Assembly: GCF_004010195.1 (NCBI RefSeq)
Contig: NC_057758.1
Span: forward strand, 9,191,815-9,233,272
Length of the DNA stretch: 41,458 nucleotides
Direction of reading: 5' to 3'
Origin: Chiloscyllium plagiosum
Taxonomy: Eukaryota
The notes below the pieces were generated by a model that searched no databases, was not told where the DNA came from, and was given only the letters and a program-made list of their open reading frames with translations. Positions 1 through 11,850 of the stretch are shown here, piece after piece. Each line of letters begins with the position of its first letter. Within the stretch, counting starts at the first letter, position 1. Both the position numbers and the translations under genes were made by a program.

Positions 1-735
1 TTACAAAAACAGCTCCTTCCAAACTATCTGCTTGATGGAGGTTCCAATCAATATTGGGAAAGTTAAAGTCACCCATTACAACAACCCTACTACATTCACA
101 CTTTTCCAAAATCTGCCGACCTATGCTTTCTTCCATCTCCCTGATGCTATTGGGGGGCCTGTAGTAAACCCCTAACGAGGTGACTACTCCCTAGCTGTTC
201 CTAATTTCCACCCATACTGACTCGGTAGACAGACCCTCCTCGACAATGGTAACCTCTGTAGCTGTGATACCCTCTCTGAGTAGCAGTGCTACACCCCTCC
301 TCTTTTTCCCCCTCCCTATTCTTTTTAAATGTTCTAAACCCTGGAACATCTAGCAACCATTCCTGCCCCTGAGAAACCCACGTCTCTGTTATGGCCACAA
401 CATCATAGCACCAGGTACTGATCCATGCTCTAAGCTCATCACTTTTATTCCTGATACGCCTTGCATTAAAGAAAGCACACTTTAACCGATCCCTTGGTTC
501 CTTCCCACTAGCTGGTCTATCTCTTGCTATTGCCTCATCTGCATCAACTCTCACCTCCGGTATACAGCTCAGGTTCCCACCCCCTTGCCAGACTAGTTTA
601 AACCCTCCTCAAAAACTCGAGCAAACCTTCCACCCAGGACATTGGTCCCCTTCCAGTTCAGATGCAACCCGTCCTTCGTGTACAGGTCCCACCTTCCCCA
701 GAAGGCATCCCAATTATCTACATATCAGAAGTCCT
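1..735 (-). mobile_element. CR1/HER1-type LINE fragment: end of ORF1 (SGNH esterase-like) and start of ORF2 AP-endonuclease
   Basis: The minus strand translates DNWDAFWGRWDLYTKDGLHLNWKGTNVLGGRF (CR1 ORF1 C-terminus), followed by LKCAFFNARRIRNKSDELRAWISTWCYDVVAITETW (APE motifs I-II). Runs off the window edge. Confidence 0.9.
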
Positions 736-920
736 CATGGTACACATGGAACAATTTACCAGAGGTGGTGAGGGAGGCAATTACCTTGTGGTATCAGCAC
801 GATTCTATTAATGCAGAGACTTGGGTAATGCTGCGGGAAACTGGGTTCATATTCCACTATGGCAGAGTACAGAATTTAAACTCGGTAAAAAGAATTCAAT
901 CCATTGTTGAGAGGGGTTGA

Positions 921-1240
921 ACGGTGGCTTAGTGGTTAGCACTGCAGCCTGACAGCATTAGGGACTTGGGTTCATTTCCCTTCTCAGGTGATTGTCTGTA
1001 TGGCGTTTGCACATTCTCCCTGTCTCTGCCTGGGTTTCCTCCGGGTGCTCAGCTTTCCATTACAATTCAAAGACTTGCAAATTAGGTGAATTGGCCAGTG
1101 TGTTTCGGGATGTGCATGTTGGTTGCGTTCGTCTGTGATAAATGCAGAGTTGTGCGGGTGGGTTACTGTTTGGGGGGTCGGTGTGGACTTGTTGGGCTGA
1201 AGGTCCTTTTTCCAAACTGGAAGGATTCTATTGTATTCTA
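921..1240 (+). mobile_element. tRNA-derived V-SINE (HE1-like)
   Basis: A-box-like GGTGGCTTAGTGGTTAGCACTG, B-box-like GGTTCATTTCC, V-domain TTTGCACATTCTCCCTGTCTCTGCCTGGGTTTCCTCCGGGTGCTC and a CR1-like tail. Confidence 0.88.
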
Positions 1241-1342
1241 TCTTAAAGGACGTGGTGGAATCTGGTACAGCATTTAAAAGCCATATATATGAATACATGA
1301 ATACAAGGGTGTAGAGACATATGAGCCAAATACTGGCAAATG

Positions 1343-1436
1343 GAAGAAGGGTCAATCGACCCGAAATGCTAACTCTGATTTCTATGCACAGATGCTGCCA
1401 ATCTGTTAAGCTTTTTCCAGCAATTATATTTTATGT
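1343..1436 (+). mobile_element. Short Penelope-like (PLE) terminal fragment with truncated hammerhead core
   Basis: GAAGA-A-GGGTC-AATC-GACCC-GAAA, a stem-II hairpin between hammerhead core motifs with the leading CU lost. Flanked by the duplication CTGGCAAATG (1333-1342 / 1439-1448). Confidence 0.65.
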
Positions 1437-2399
1437 TGCTGGCAAATGAGACCAGGTTAATTTTGGATATCTGGTCGGCAGGGACGAATTATATTAAAGG
1501 GTCTGTTTCATACTGTACAATTCAAAACGCTATACCTACATGACTCCTTGTCTGTCCTCCGGCTCTGATCCTGCCAACAGGCGTTGTGTTGGAATGACAT
1601 CACTACCCTACTTAGATTTAGATTTATTTAATATTGTCACTTGAATATCGGTACGGCGCCATCTTGGTTTACAGAATAAATTACAGAACTAATTGTACAT
1701 TTGGAAAAATACGGACTAAATTAATATTACATTGATATTACTAAAACTGAAACTGGTTCAAAAGGTAACGTTAAGTTCATCCTCTCTGCTCCTCCAGCTT
1801 CCGACGTCTGGCATTATTCCATTGGTCGGGCAATGTGCCGAATTCCTGCCACCAAGGGAGCCATCGTTTTCGAGTCCACCACCCCGAACTGGAAATGGTC
1901 ACTCTTCACGTGTCCTGTGAGCTCTCCAAGGCTGGACGCTGAATAATGAGTCCTGACTTCGAGTCGAACAACAGGTTTTCACGTAAGATATGACACTGAA
2001 TTTCTAAAACAAAGAACGTGCACACTGTAATTGACAAAGTATCTATAGATCTCAGCAGACAAGAGGTGGATATTTAAAATACAGGAAGAAGCAGGACACA
2101 CGGAAATTCGCACGCCATGGCTCTTTCACAAAGGTCACTGTGGCCTATGTCAGTGATCGAATTCTTTCACAAACGTGTGGGATTTTGGAAATGAAGGTTT
2201 CTATTGTTCTATTCACTGCCCCGACCCTGTCGTCACTGTTTGGAATTATACACTTGTTTGAGCAGAGAATTTATTTTTTAAAAAATAGACATACACATGC
2301 ATCATTTAAAAAAAAACGTTGAAGTGCATTCCATGATATTTCGACTTCGTCATCTCCAGCTCTCCCTCAATGTTGGAAGCCGTTGCTGCAGTAAACCAG

Positions 2400-2790
2400 A
2401 TTGATCATTCCTGGGAGAATTTGAAGAAGGACGTTGACAGACATGATAATAAGAATGAAGAGTTCACATATTACAGAAGAATCAACCTTGCTCCCATTGG
2501 TGAACATATTAAAAACTAATGGAATTGAATTTTGTGCATTGGTAAATCAAGGGTTGAACGCAAGGAACCATATTTTTACACAGCATTGACTGTGGATATG
2601 GTAATAAAAACAGTAAAAATGTGACCATACCAAATTTCCATCAAAAACGAACTGGATCAGTAGCTGATGAAACACAATGCAGGAGAAAGAAAGAAGGTGG
2701 ATGATTGAGATCAGCTGAGTGGAAATCCCAGAGAGCTGGGAATGACATGATACACTGAATAGCCCCTTGATCAGCTACAGCTATTCCAAT
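2400..2790 (+). mobile_element. Highly decayed CR1 3' fragment
   Basis: Weak resemblance to the CR1 ORF2 C-terminus and 3' UTR seen in younger copies in this window (e.g. ATTTTTACACAG, AAAAACGAACTGGAT). Confidence 0.4.
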
Positions 2791-3240
2791 GTGTTTATCT
2801 TGGTGTATTACTTTGTTTAACTATATTCATTCGGTGAAAAGGAACAGTCACATTCCAGAAGAAGTTGAAATTTTCTGATATGTTCCCTGTTCGCAGGAAG
2901 TTCATTTATTGGAAATAGTCAGGCATAGTGAAGGCCAACACAAGAGATGGTTATTAAAGTCATGTTGCAGTTTAGCAGTTTTCAATTGAGTATATTATTA
3001 AACCAATCAGACCTGACCAATTTTGAGTATTTTCAGGCTGCAATTAAATTTCAACACCCAGTGTATTTCGTCAATAGGGAATTGTCATGCATGTTGTAAT
3101 CTGTTTGCTCAAATGTAACTAAATCAAAGCAGCTTCCGTACCCTAATGGATCTAAGTGAAAGCATAAAACGAGTGCACTGCTAAGAGAACATTTCAGAGT
3201 TTAACACCGAGAGATTGTATGCAGTCCAAAGCAAAGAAAA

Positions 3241-3307
3241 ATGCATAGTACAGTACGAATTGTCAGGAAAATATTTTATACGATTGTTGCAACAATTGGA
3301 GTTCCTG
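3241..3307 (+). CDS. GPR139/GPR142-like GPCR gene 1, coding exon 1 (N-terminus and first part of TM1)
   Basis: ATG...MHSTVRIVRKIFYTIVATIGVP+G then a consensus donor G|GTAAGT at 3308. The phase-1 join to 5299 gives IGVP-A-NLVAIVII, a continuous TM1. Confidence 0.9.
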
Positions 3308-4719
3308 GTAAGTGCTTAAAAGTTATGACATTGTGCAAGTTTCTGTACGCATTGGCTTCTGATGTGCATATTAACATTATAGGGCATTTTCTGATCATTC
3401 TAATACCGACATCAAAATATCATCACTTGTAAAAAATTCCAGATTTAAGTGTGGATTTCTATTCACTTTCCGGAAGAATGCTTGCCTTTTCCAAATCTTC
3501 CTCTCTCACAGGTGTGTGTGTGAGTGTGTGTGTGCACGTACGTATGGGTGTCCTGTGTGACCCGTTACAATAAAACAAGTTTCCAGAGGGTAAGTATTAC
3601 TGGGAGTCTCTCAATGTAGATTATACTGAGTGGGATTAAAAACCAACTATCACATCGATAAAGTGTCCTTTTGCTACTGAGAGGAACTGTAGTTTAGATT
3701 TGCTCTTGTGTGGATGATTTCTTGAATCGAATAGACATCAGAGATTATGTGCTTGCTGGAATTCTGTCGTTTTTAAATTGTACTCTGTTAAGGACATCAT
3801 TCTTCTTTTAGTCAAATTAGATGCAGCAGTTTGGTGAAAGCCCACTCTCATCCTGATTAATCTACTTCCAAGCGGATAATCCTAAGAATAATCAAGTCTG
3901 ATATGTACTGCTTTTGTAAATACTCAGTAGCAATATACACATACTAGCGCAGGTGATTGAGGTTTATTCAGAAATAGTTGGAATTTAGGAGATGAACGGG
4001 ATGTCGACGCTTTGTGAGCTTCAATCAATTTCACATCACTTGTCTCCAACTGCATATGGTTCCCCGACGACTCCCTCATTTTTGATCAAAGGCTGCCCAT
4101 CTCTTATTTTCCGCACGGTATCAAAGGCATTTTTCATCATTCACGAGTAAATCAATCTATTTTCTTTGTTGGGTGATTTATTTTTGTCGGTTTAATAATG
4201 ACTGCCAAATGAAATTCTGAATGTAGCAGTCTCATATGTTCTCCACGTTGCGAGTTCAAACCAGGTTACAGCTTCAAATTCTCCGCTGGAATACTGCACA
4301 GAGTTTCCAAACAATAGAACAGGGGGCAATGACTGCTGAATGCACCCCAATTCATAATAGCTCCCTGTCATGGAACTCTAAACCGAGTTAATACTTCATT
4401 ATCGTTTTTCTGTTGGTTTGAAAACAGCAGATACAGCAGCCAGTGACTGTTTAAGAAAAGTTAATAAAACTACGTTCAAAGTGTGAGAGTTCTGGAGAAA
4501 TCTGTTTTGATGACATGTACACCATCCCATCACACTCATTTCTTTGTAACATAAGTCAATCATATATGTGCTTCCAGAAATGCAGGGAGTGGTTCAAGGA
4601 CGATGGGCTCAAGTCACGAGAACAAATGTTGAGCACATTGGAATTACCCGGTTGTGTCAGCACGTCCTACCCCGCAGAACATGTCTTTCTTTCCAATATA
4701 CTCATTTAATTGTGTTCTC

Positions 4720-5065
4720 AGAGGGTAGCGCAGCAGCAGAGACGTGGGTTAGATTCAAACCTTGGGAGTGTTTATGTGGAGTTTGCAAGAGTCTGCATGG
4801 TTGTCCATCTGGCGCTCCGTTTTTCTCCCACCGTCAAAAGATGTGAAGGTCAAGTGGATTGGCCACCCTAAATAGCTCCCGTGCCCACGGATGTGCAGGC
4901 GAGGTAGATTAGCTGGGAGAATGCGAGAGGAAAAGATGAGGATGAAAACTCCATATGGGTTTATGGGTTTATGGACTGAGGGGTTGGGGTTCTGGATGGG
5001 ACACTCTTCAGACGGTCAGTACAGCCTGAATGGGGCGAATGACCTGTATAAGAATTCAATGATTC
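4720..5065 (+). mobile_element. Decayed V-SINE (HE1-like) in the gene-1 intron
   Basis: TGTGGAGTTTGCA...GCGCTCCGTTTTTCTCCCACCGTCAAAAGATGTG V-domain remnant and SINE tail. Confidence 0.75.
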
Positions 5066-5298
5066 CGTGGAAATATAAATGTTCTGACTTTGATATTGCC
5101 GGAATCTTCCCAAAACCCCAGTTCCATGTATTTTAATAAAACCAGAGCCGCTAGCAATTAGGTGCTTTTGCTTAACCACATTGTAGTTTAACCAATGAAA
5201 ACATCCATTGTCTACTTTTCTAACTGAAGTTCAGTGTTTATTGCCATCACCCGAGTATAAATAAGACAGAGTCCACTTTTGCCTTCTCTCTCTTACAG

Positions 5299-6195
5299 CA
5301 AATCTAGTGGCAATTGTGATCATATCCCAAGGAAAGTGCGGGATCTCCAAATGCACTACTCGTTACCTGGTGGCCATGGCACTAGCGGATCTACTGACGA
5401 TTATCACTGAGGTCATGATTATCCGAATCAATAGTTATTATTTCCCAATACCTTTTCTGAAACTGACCCCTGTTTGTAAAGTTAATTACCTCCTGGCTCG
5501 AATCTCAATGGACTGGTCAGTTTGGTTTACTGTTGCCTTTACTTTTGATAGACTTATTGCGATATGCTACCAGAAGCTGAAATCTAAATATTGCACTAAA
5601 AAAAACGCAACAATGGTTCTTGCAATAATCTGCGTATTTTTTAGTTTAAAAAATATTCCCATCTACTTTCGATTTGAGCCTTACCGAATAATTAATAACG
5701 TACCACTGTATTGTTCCAATAAACAAAGCTATTACACTGACCCAAGATGGATTGGATTTAGAGTGTTTGATAAGATTTTAACGCCATTGTTACCATTCGC
5801 TTTCATTCTGTTATTCAATGCTTTGACAGTTCGGCACATTTTAGTGGCTAGCCGAGTCCGTAAGGCTGCCCAAAGAACAGACCAAAGAACAGAATCAAAA
5901 TGACCCAGAAATGGGGAACAGACAGAAGTCTGTGATTTTACTTCTCGCTATATCATGCAGCTTTATAATACTGTGGCTTATGTATATTTTGTCTATTTTT
6001 AATGTTGATAACGGTTTAGATTATAATGCTGAATATATATTTGTGAAAGTAGCGTATATGTTGAGGAATTTATGTTGCTGCATAAACACATTAATTTATG
6101 TTGTGATTTTGCCCAAGTTCAGAGAGCAGTTGAAGAGCATGATGAAATATCCAATTACATCAATTATTAAACTAATTTCGAAGCGAAACAACTGA
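5299..6195 (+). pseudogene. GPR139/GPR142-like GPCR gene 1, exon 2 (TM1-TM7), one frameshift at ~5865
   Basis: Polypyrimidine tract and CAG| acceptor at 5297-5298. Motifs: YLVAMALADLL (TM2), TM3 Cys and FTFDRLIAIC, TPLLPF..ILLFNALTVRHI (TM5), DPEMGNRQKSVILLLAIS (TM6), CCINTLIY..KFREQL (TM7/H8). ORFs 5307-5903 and 5911-6195 are in different frames. Confidence 0.88.
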
Positions 6196-6446
6196 TACAG
6201 GTTGAATATTTGTAGTGTAAACGCGAAGTATGGATTGGTGGAAGAAGTTTAGGAAAAGGATCGGGAGCCTGACATATAAAATTGTTCTGACAGATTTACA
6301 TGAAGAAGCAGAGGAAATACTTTCACAGCTGATGTCTGCACTAACAAAGAAACAGCTGCACAGATCAAGCATGAACTGTCTGGAGACCTGGAAGGAATGA
6401 GCTGGCGCAACCCAACACTAGAAAGCTCAACAAAGCAAATTCATCA

Positions 6447-7710
6447 AACATCGAACTGCGAACAACACAGCGCAGAACAGGCCCTTTGGCGCTCTATGTT
6501 GCGTCGACCTGTGAACTATTCTCAGCCTGTCCCCCTACACTATCCCCAAATCATCTATGTACTTATCTAAGGATTGATTAAATCTCCCTCATGTGGCTGA
6601 GTTGACTACATTAGCAGGTAGGGCATTCTACGCCCTTACCACTCTGCGGAAGAACCTGCCTCTGACATCTGTCTTAAATCTATCACCCCTCAATTTGTAG
6701 TTATGCCCCTCGTACAAGCTGACGTCATCATCCTAGGAAAAAGACATTCACTGTCTACCCGATCTAATCCTCTGATCATCTTGTATGTCTCTATCAAATC
6801 CCCTCTTCTTGCCAATGAGCACAGGGTCAAGTCTCTCAGTGTTTCCTCATAACATCTTCCCTCCAGACCAGGCAACATCCTGGTAAATCTCTCTGCACCT
6901 TTTCCAAAGCTTCCACATCCTTCCTGTAATGGGGCGACCAGAACTGTACACAATACTCCAAGTGTGGCCACACCAGCGTTTTGTATAGTTGCAGCATGAT
7001 ATTGCGGTTCCGGAACTCAATCCCTCTACAAGTGAAACCTAACACATCGTATGCCTCCTTAACAGCACTATCCACCTGGGTGGCAACTTTCAGGGGTCTA
7101 TACACATGGACTCCAGGCTCCCTCTGTACATCCACACTACCAAGAATCTTTCCATTGACCCAGGACTCTGCCTTGCTGTTATTCCTCCCAAAGTGCATCA
7201 CCTCACATTTAGCATTGGACTCCATTTGCCACCTCTCAGCCCAATTCTGCAACCGGTAACATTCCCCCTGCAACATTCTTCCAAACTGTCCATTACTCCA
7301 CCGACTTTAGTGTCGTCTGCAAATTTACTAATCCATCCACCTATGCCTGCGTCTAAGTCTTTTATAAAAATGGCAAACAGCAGTGGTCCCAAAACAGATC
7401 CTTGTGGCACACCACTAGTAGCCGGACTCCAGGCTGAATATTTTCCATCAACCATCACTCACTGCCTTCTTTCAGAAAGCCAGATTCTAATCCAAACTGC
7501 TAAATCACCCCCAATTCCATGACTCTGCATTTTCTCCAACAGCCTACCATGTGGTACCTTATCAAAAGCTGTACTAAAGTCCATGTATACCACGTCAACT
7601 GCCCTACCCTCATCTACATGCTTGGTCACCTTCTCAAAAAACTTAATGAGACATGACCTGCCCTTGACAAAGCCATGTTGACCATCTCCAATCAAATTGT
7701 TGCTTGCTAG
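6447..7710 (-). mobile_element. CR1 LINE, RT domain to 3' tail (5' truncated)
   Basis: QHGFVKGRSC, DFSTAFDKVPH, GVPQGSVLGP, FADD, YCVQFWSP motifs on the minus strand, with the tail remnant AACATCGAAC at ~6447. Confidence 0.95.
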
Positions 7711-7711
7711 A

Positions 7712-9504
7712 TGAGGAATACGAGAATGATCAGGGAAAAGGTAGGGCCGATCAGGGATAGCGGAGGGAACTTATGCGTGGAGTCTGAGCAGATAGGGTAA
7801 GCCCTAAATGAGTTTTTTGCTTCGGTTTTCATTCACCTTGTTGTGAATGAAAACTTTGAGGAGTTGCGATACAGTCTTGACCAGATCAAAGTTGATGAAG
7901 TTGATGTGCTAAAAATTTTGGAAAATATTAAAATTGATAAGTTCCCAGGGCCAGACCAGATTTATCCTAGGCTGCTCTGGGAAGCGAAAAATGAAGTTGC
8001 TGAACGACTGTCGAGGATATTTGCTTCCTCACTCTCCACGGGGTCGTACTGGAGGATTGGAAGGAGGCAAATGTTGTTTCTCTTTTCAAGAAAGGTAATA
8101 GGAAAATCCCTGGCAATTTCAGACCAGTCAGTCTAACGTCTGTGGTCAGCAAAGTTTTGGAAAGAATTTTGAGGGATAGGATTTATGAATATTTAGCAAA
8201 GCATAATGTGATTAAAGGCAGTCAGCACGGCTTTATGAGGGACAGGTCATGCCTCACAAATCTAACTGAGTTCTTTGAGAAGGTGAGAAGACAGGTCGAT
8301 GAAGTTTGAGCAGTGGATGCGGTGCATATGATCTTCAGCATGGCATTTGATAAGGTTCCTTATGATCGGCTCATTTATAACATCAGGAAGTCTAGGATCC
8401 AGGGATCCAGATTTGGCTATCTGGATTCAGAATTGGTTGGCTGACAGAATGCAGAGAGTGGTTGTGGATGGGAAGTATTCTGCCCGCAGGTCAGTGTAAA
8501 GTGGGGTCCCGCAGGGCTCTGTTCTTGGGCCTCTGCTCTTTGTACTTTTTATAAATGACTTGGATGAGGAGGCTGAGGGGTGGGTTAGTAAATTTGCAGA
8601 TGACACAAAGATTGGAGGTGTCGTCGATAATATAGAGGGCAAATGCAGACTGCATGGCGACATAGACAGGATGCAGAGCTGGGCTCAGAAGTGGCAGATG
8701 GAATTCAACCTGGATAAATGCGAAGTGATGCATTTTGGAAGGTCGAACTCGAATGCTGAATATAGGATTAACGACAGGATTCTTGGCTGTGTGGAGGAAC
8801 AGAGGGATCTGGGTGGGCAAGTACATAGATCCCTCAAAGTTGCCAAACAAGTGGATAGGTTTGTTAAGAAAGTACATGGTGTGTTGGCTTTCATTAACAG
8901 GGGGATCGAATTTAAGAGCCGCGAGGTTTTGCTGCAGCTCTACAAGTCCCTGGTGAGACCACACTCGGAATATTGTGTCCGGTTCTGGTCGCCCTACTAT
9001 AGGAAAGATACAGAGGTTTTAGAGAGGGTGCAAAGAAGGCTTACCAGGATGCTGCCTGGACTGGAGAGCTTGCCTTATGAAGAAAGGTTGAATAAGCTTG
9101 AACGTTTCTCTCTGGAGAGATGGAGGCAGAGAGGAGATCTGATCGAGGTATACAAAATAATGAGTGGATTATATAGAACCAATAGCCAGAGACTTTTCCC
9201 CAGGCCAGGATTGACTGGTATGAGAAGTCATAGTGTGAAGATATTAGGAGGGAGGTATAAAAGAGACGTCAGAGGTAGGTTCTGAACGCAGAGAGTTGTG
9301 AATGCATGGAATGCGTTGCCAGCTGTGATGGTGGAAGCAGAGTCATTGAGACATTTAAGCAACTACTGGACATGCACATGGATAGCAGTGAGTTGAGGGG
9401 TGTGTAGGTTAAGTTATTATATTTTACATTAGGATTAATCTCGGCACAACATCGTGGGCCAAAGGGACAGTTCTGTGCTGTACTTTTCTATGTTCTATGT
9501 TCTA
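7712..9504 (+). mobile_element. CR1 LINE, ORF2 3' two-thirds with (TCTATGT)n tail
   Basis: PGPDQIYPRLL, SKFADDTKIGG, YCVRFWSP. A 241-aa open stretch at 8560-9285, ending in TTCTATGTTCTATGTTCTA. Confidence 0.95.
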
Positions 9505-9526
9505 ACTCGAATACGGCTGGTGTGTG

Positions 9527-9532
9527 AATAAA
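9527..9532 (+). promoter_or_regulatory. Candidate polyadenylation signal (AATAAA) of GPCR gene 1
   Basis: First canonical AATAAA found downstream of the 6195 stop, about 20 bp past the end of the LINE pair. Variant ATTAAA/TATAAA hexamers occur earlier. Confidence 0.3.
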
Positions 9533-10379
9533 AGCCTATTTTCGAAGCAAATGATCCTTGACTCAGGCAACCAATTCATTATTTCCGCAGATATTCTAAC
9601 TCATCCAAGATTCAGTGTGATCTGAATCGATCTGTGCTCTGGCTGTTGGTATGATAGACTGTTCCTCTCAGGGGATTGTTTAATCCAGGTATCTCTGAAT
9701 CAAATGAAATAAAATCACAGTGTCTGTCACCGAAGTTCAATTTTTACGAACATGACTAGTGTCATAAAAACAAATAGATTCCTGATTTGAAAATTTACTT
9801 CCAATTCGTGTTTCATTCTCTGTATAAAATCAATTTACCTGCTGCCTAAGGAATTAAACACGAGAGGCACACGTTTCAGATGGGGTCACTAATAGCTATG
9901 AAATCTAGGAGCATACCTTGAAGTTGTGAAATAAGAGGATATTGGCTTTTAGTTCAGTTCTCCAATTTTCTCTGGAAAAGAACAAGTGGCCCAGTCCTTT
10001 CAGACTGAGGAGCTATGGAAACCAGTCAGTTCTTTCGAAGTGACACTGAAAGAATGATAGGGAACCATCTCTGAGTGAAGAAAGCTGACATTGCTTCAAA
10101 TCCTGTCTGCAATTTGTCAAGCTTATTAAACCACAGATTGAAACTTTTGCTGAATTACACTAAATTCTGTCAAGTTTGAATTCATCCAGATTTGTATTAC
10201 ACGATAATACTGTGTCTGTATGCGTGTAAGTGCGGAGGGTGTGGGGAACGGATTGTGGGAGGCGGGGGGCGGATGGGGGAGCCAGACAGGATTGGCTGGT
10301 CTGCTTGTCCCTATATTGTTTAAAGTGATGCCTCCTGGTGAAGGGATTCAGCCAGAGAGGGAGGGAGCAGGCTAATTCT

Positions 10380-10508
10380 CGCTTTCTCTCTCTCGCAAGT
10401 GCACACACACACCCATACACAAACACGCGCACACACAAATACACACACACACACACACTCGCAGACATTTCTAAAACTCCCCCCCCCCCCCCCCCCACGC
10501 ACACACAT
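10380..10508. repeat. (CT)n/(CA)n microsatellite with poly-C tract
   Basis: Directly visible. Confidence 0.9.
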
Positions 10509-10565
10509 TTACTGTCAGGAGGATTGCAATCGTTCTGAGATCCCTCAGAGTGGGACATACCCATG

Positions 10566-10780
10566 TAACGTCATCGAGATGTACAGCATGGAAACAGACC
10601 CTTTTTTTCAAGTCATGCACGCCGACCAGACATCCTAAAGTAATGTAGTCCCATTTGCCAGCCCTTATCCCTCTTCGCCTTTCCTATTCATATTCTCAAC
10701 CAGATGTGATTTAAATGTTGTAATTGCCTCAGCCATAACCACTTCCTTGGGCAGCTTATTCCTTTCACACACACCCATCT
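10566..10780 (-). mobile_element. CR1 LINE 3' end
   Basis: NKLPKEVVMAEAITTFKSHL on the minus strand, followed by the CR1 3' UTR (GGTCTGTTTCCATGCTGTACATCTCGATGAC). Confidence 0.85.
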
Positions 10781-11348
10781 GGATCCTTTTGAATCTGATT
10801 GATAATTTTTCTGCTCGCTCTGCAATATTAAAACAATTTGTCTTTTGACAGCATTTCAGACACAGTGTCCCCACAGTAAATGGTATTTCCAGTGCATATG
10901 TATCCATGCACGTCTGGTGGTGATTTGAATTTTATTGTACTTTCAGTAACTTGCAATGTTTTGTGATGGTCGCTGACAGGTGATAAGAAAGAAAAATGGA
11001 AAAACCCTGAAATGTACCGAGTTATGCGAGTGGGTCAGCACTGGACATGATCATCTTCATTTATTAATTCTCAGGGACAGCATCACAAAGGATAAGGTAG
11101 AACTGCTTACTATGTCTAAAGTAATTTCATTGAAGAACAAAACAAACGTGAAACCTGAGAAATTGACAGTTTTCAATGCCTCCTCAGGAAGTGGATCTGG
11201 TACTTGAGCAGCGACGACAGGAAGCAAGCAGAGGTTGCCAATGTATCATTTTCAGCACAAGAGGGACGCTTGAATAGACAGAGAGACATTTTGACCCGCA
11301 CATTCATTGTTATTTCTGAAAACAACAAACCCCAGCGACCAGAGATGA

Positions 11349-11720
11349 ATGCACAGATTTACACACATTCATAGATACATACATGCATACACGGAAATGG
11401 ACAAATGCACACATATTGAATCACACACAAATACTTACAAAAACACCCACAGATCGACGCGCAGACACACACAGAGAAAAACACACAATCAGAAACGTGA
11501 ATGCAAACACACACACACACACACACACGTATAATGACACCCATGCAGTCACACAGAGACACAGACATCTACATTCTTGCAGGCAGATATAGAAACCGAG
11601 ACAGACACACACTAAAACAGTCACACATTCAGTCAAACAAAGACTTGCACATCGACATATAGAAATACAAACACAGAGAAACAAAGAGGTCCACACATAT
11701 ACAATAAGTGATCAAATGCA
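11349..11720. repeat. Degenerate CA-rich simple repeat
   Basis: Imperfect (CA)n/(CAGA)n array. It explains the spurious HT/CV-rich ORFs. Confidence 0.85.
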
Positions 11721-11850
11721 CACCAGATTAGTACAGTGTCGAGGTATGCGTGTGAGGTCAACCAACTTGACAGCAAAAGTAGCAAGGCAGATCATCATTT
11801 GAAAAGCTAAATCATTGAAGAACGGATGTTTCCAGGAGGGTGTGTAGTCT

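Larger units (their letters stand above)
737..1520 (+). mobile_element. CR1 LINE 3' end, interrupted by a SINE and a Penelope-like fragment
   Basis: WNNLPEVVREAIT at ~748-785 resumes as (A)FKSHIYEYMNTRV..YEPNTGKW at ~1270-1342. A CR1 3' UTR-like sequence follows at 1439-1520. Confidence 0.7.

Noticed and set aside
1612..1960. (TTAGAT)-led segment with CGGCGCCATCTT, possibly another retroelement end or YY1-type site
   Set aside because: No family or boundaries could be assigned from the sequence alone.
3308..3432. C-terminal part of the 63-aa ORF at 3241
   Set aside because: Intron read-through after a consensus GTAAGT donor.
8560..9285. 241-aa ORF as a host gene or active RT
   Set aside because: It is the C-terminal part of a 5'-truncated CR1 ORF2 with upstream stops and frameshifts.
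10990..11070. Possible zinc-finger start (MEKP.KC-like)
   Set aside because: Only one short motif requiring a frameshift, with no following finger pattern.
10160..11696. Several 60-134-aa ORFs rich in HT/CV/G
   Set aside because: Translations of CA/GT microsatellites and poly-C.
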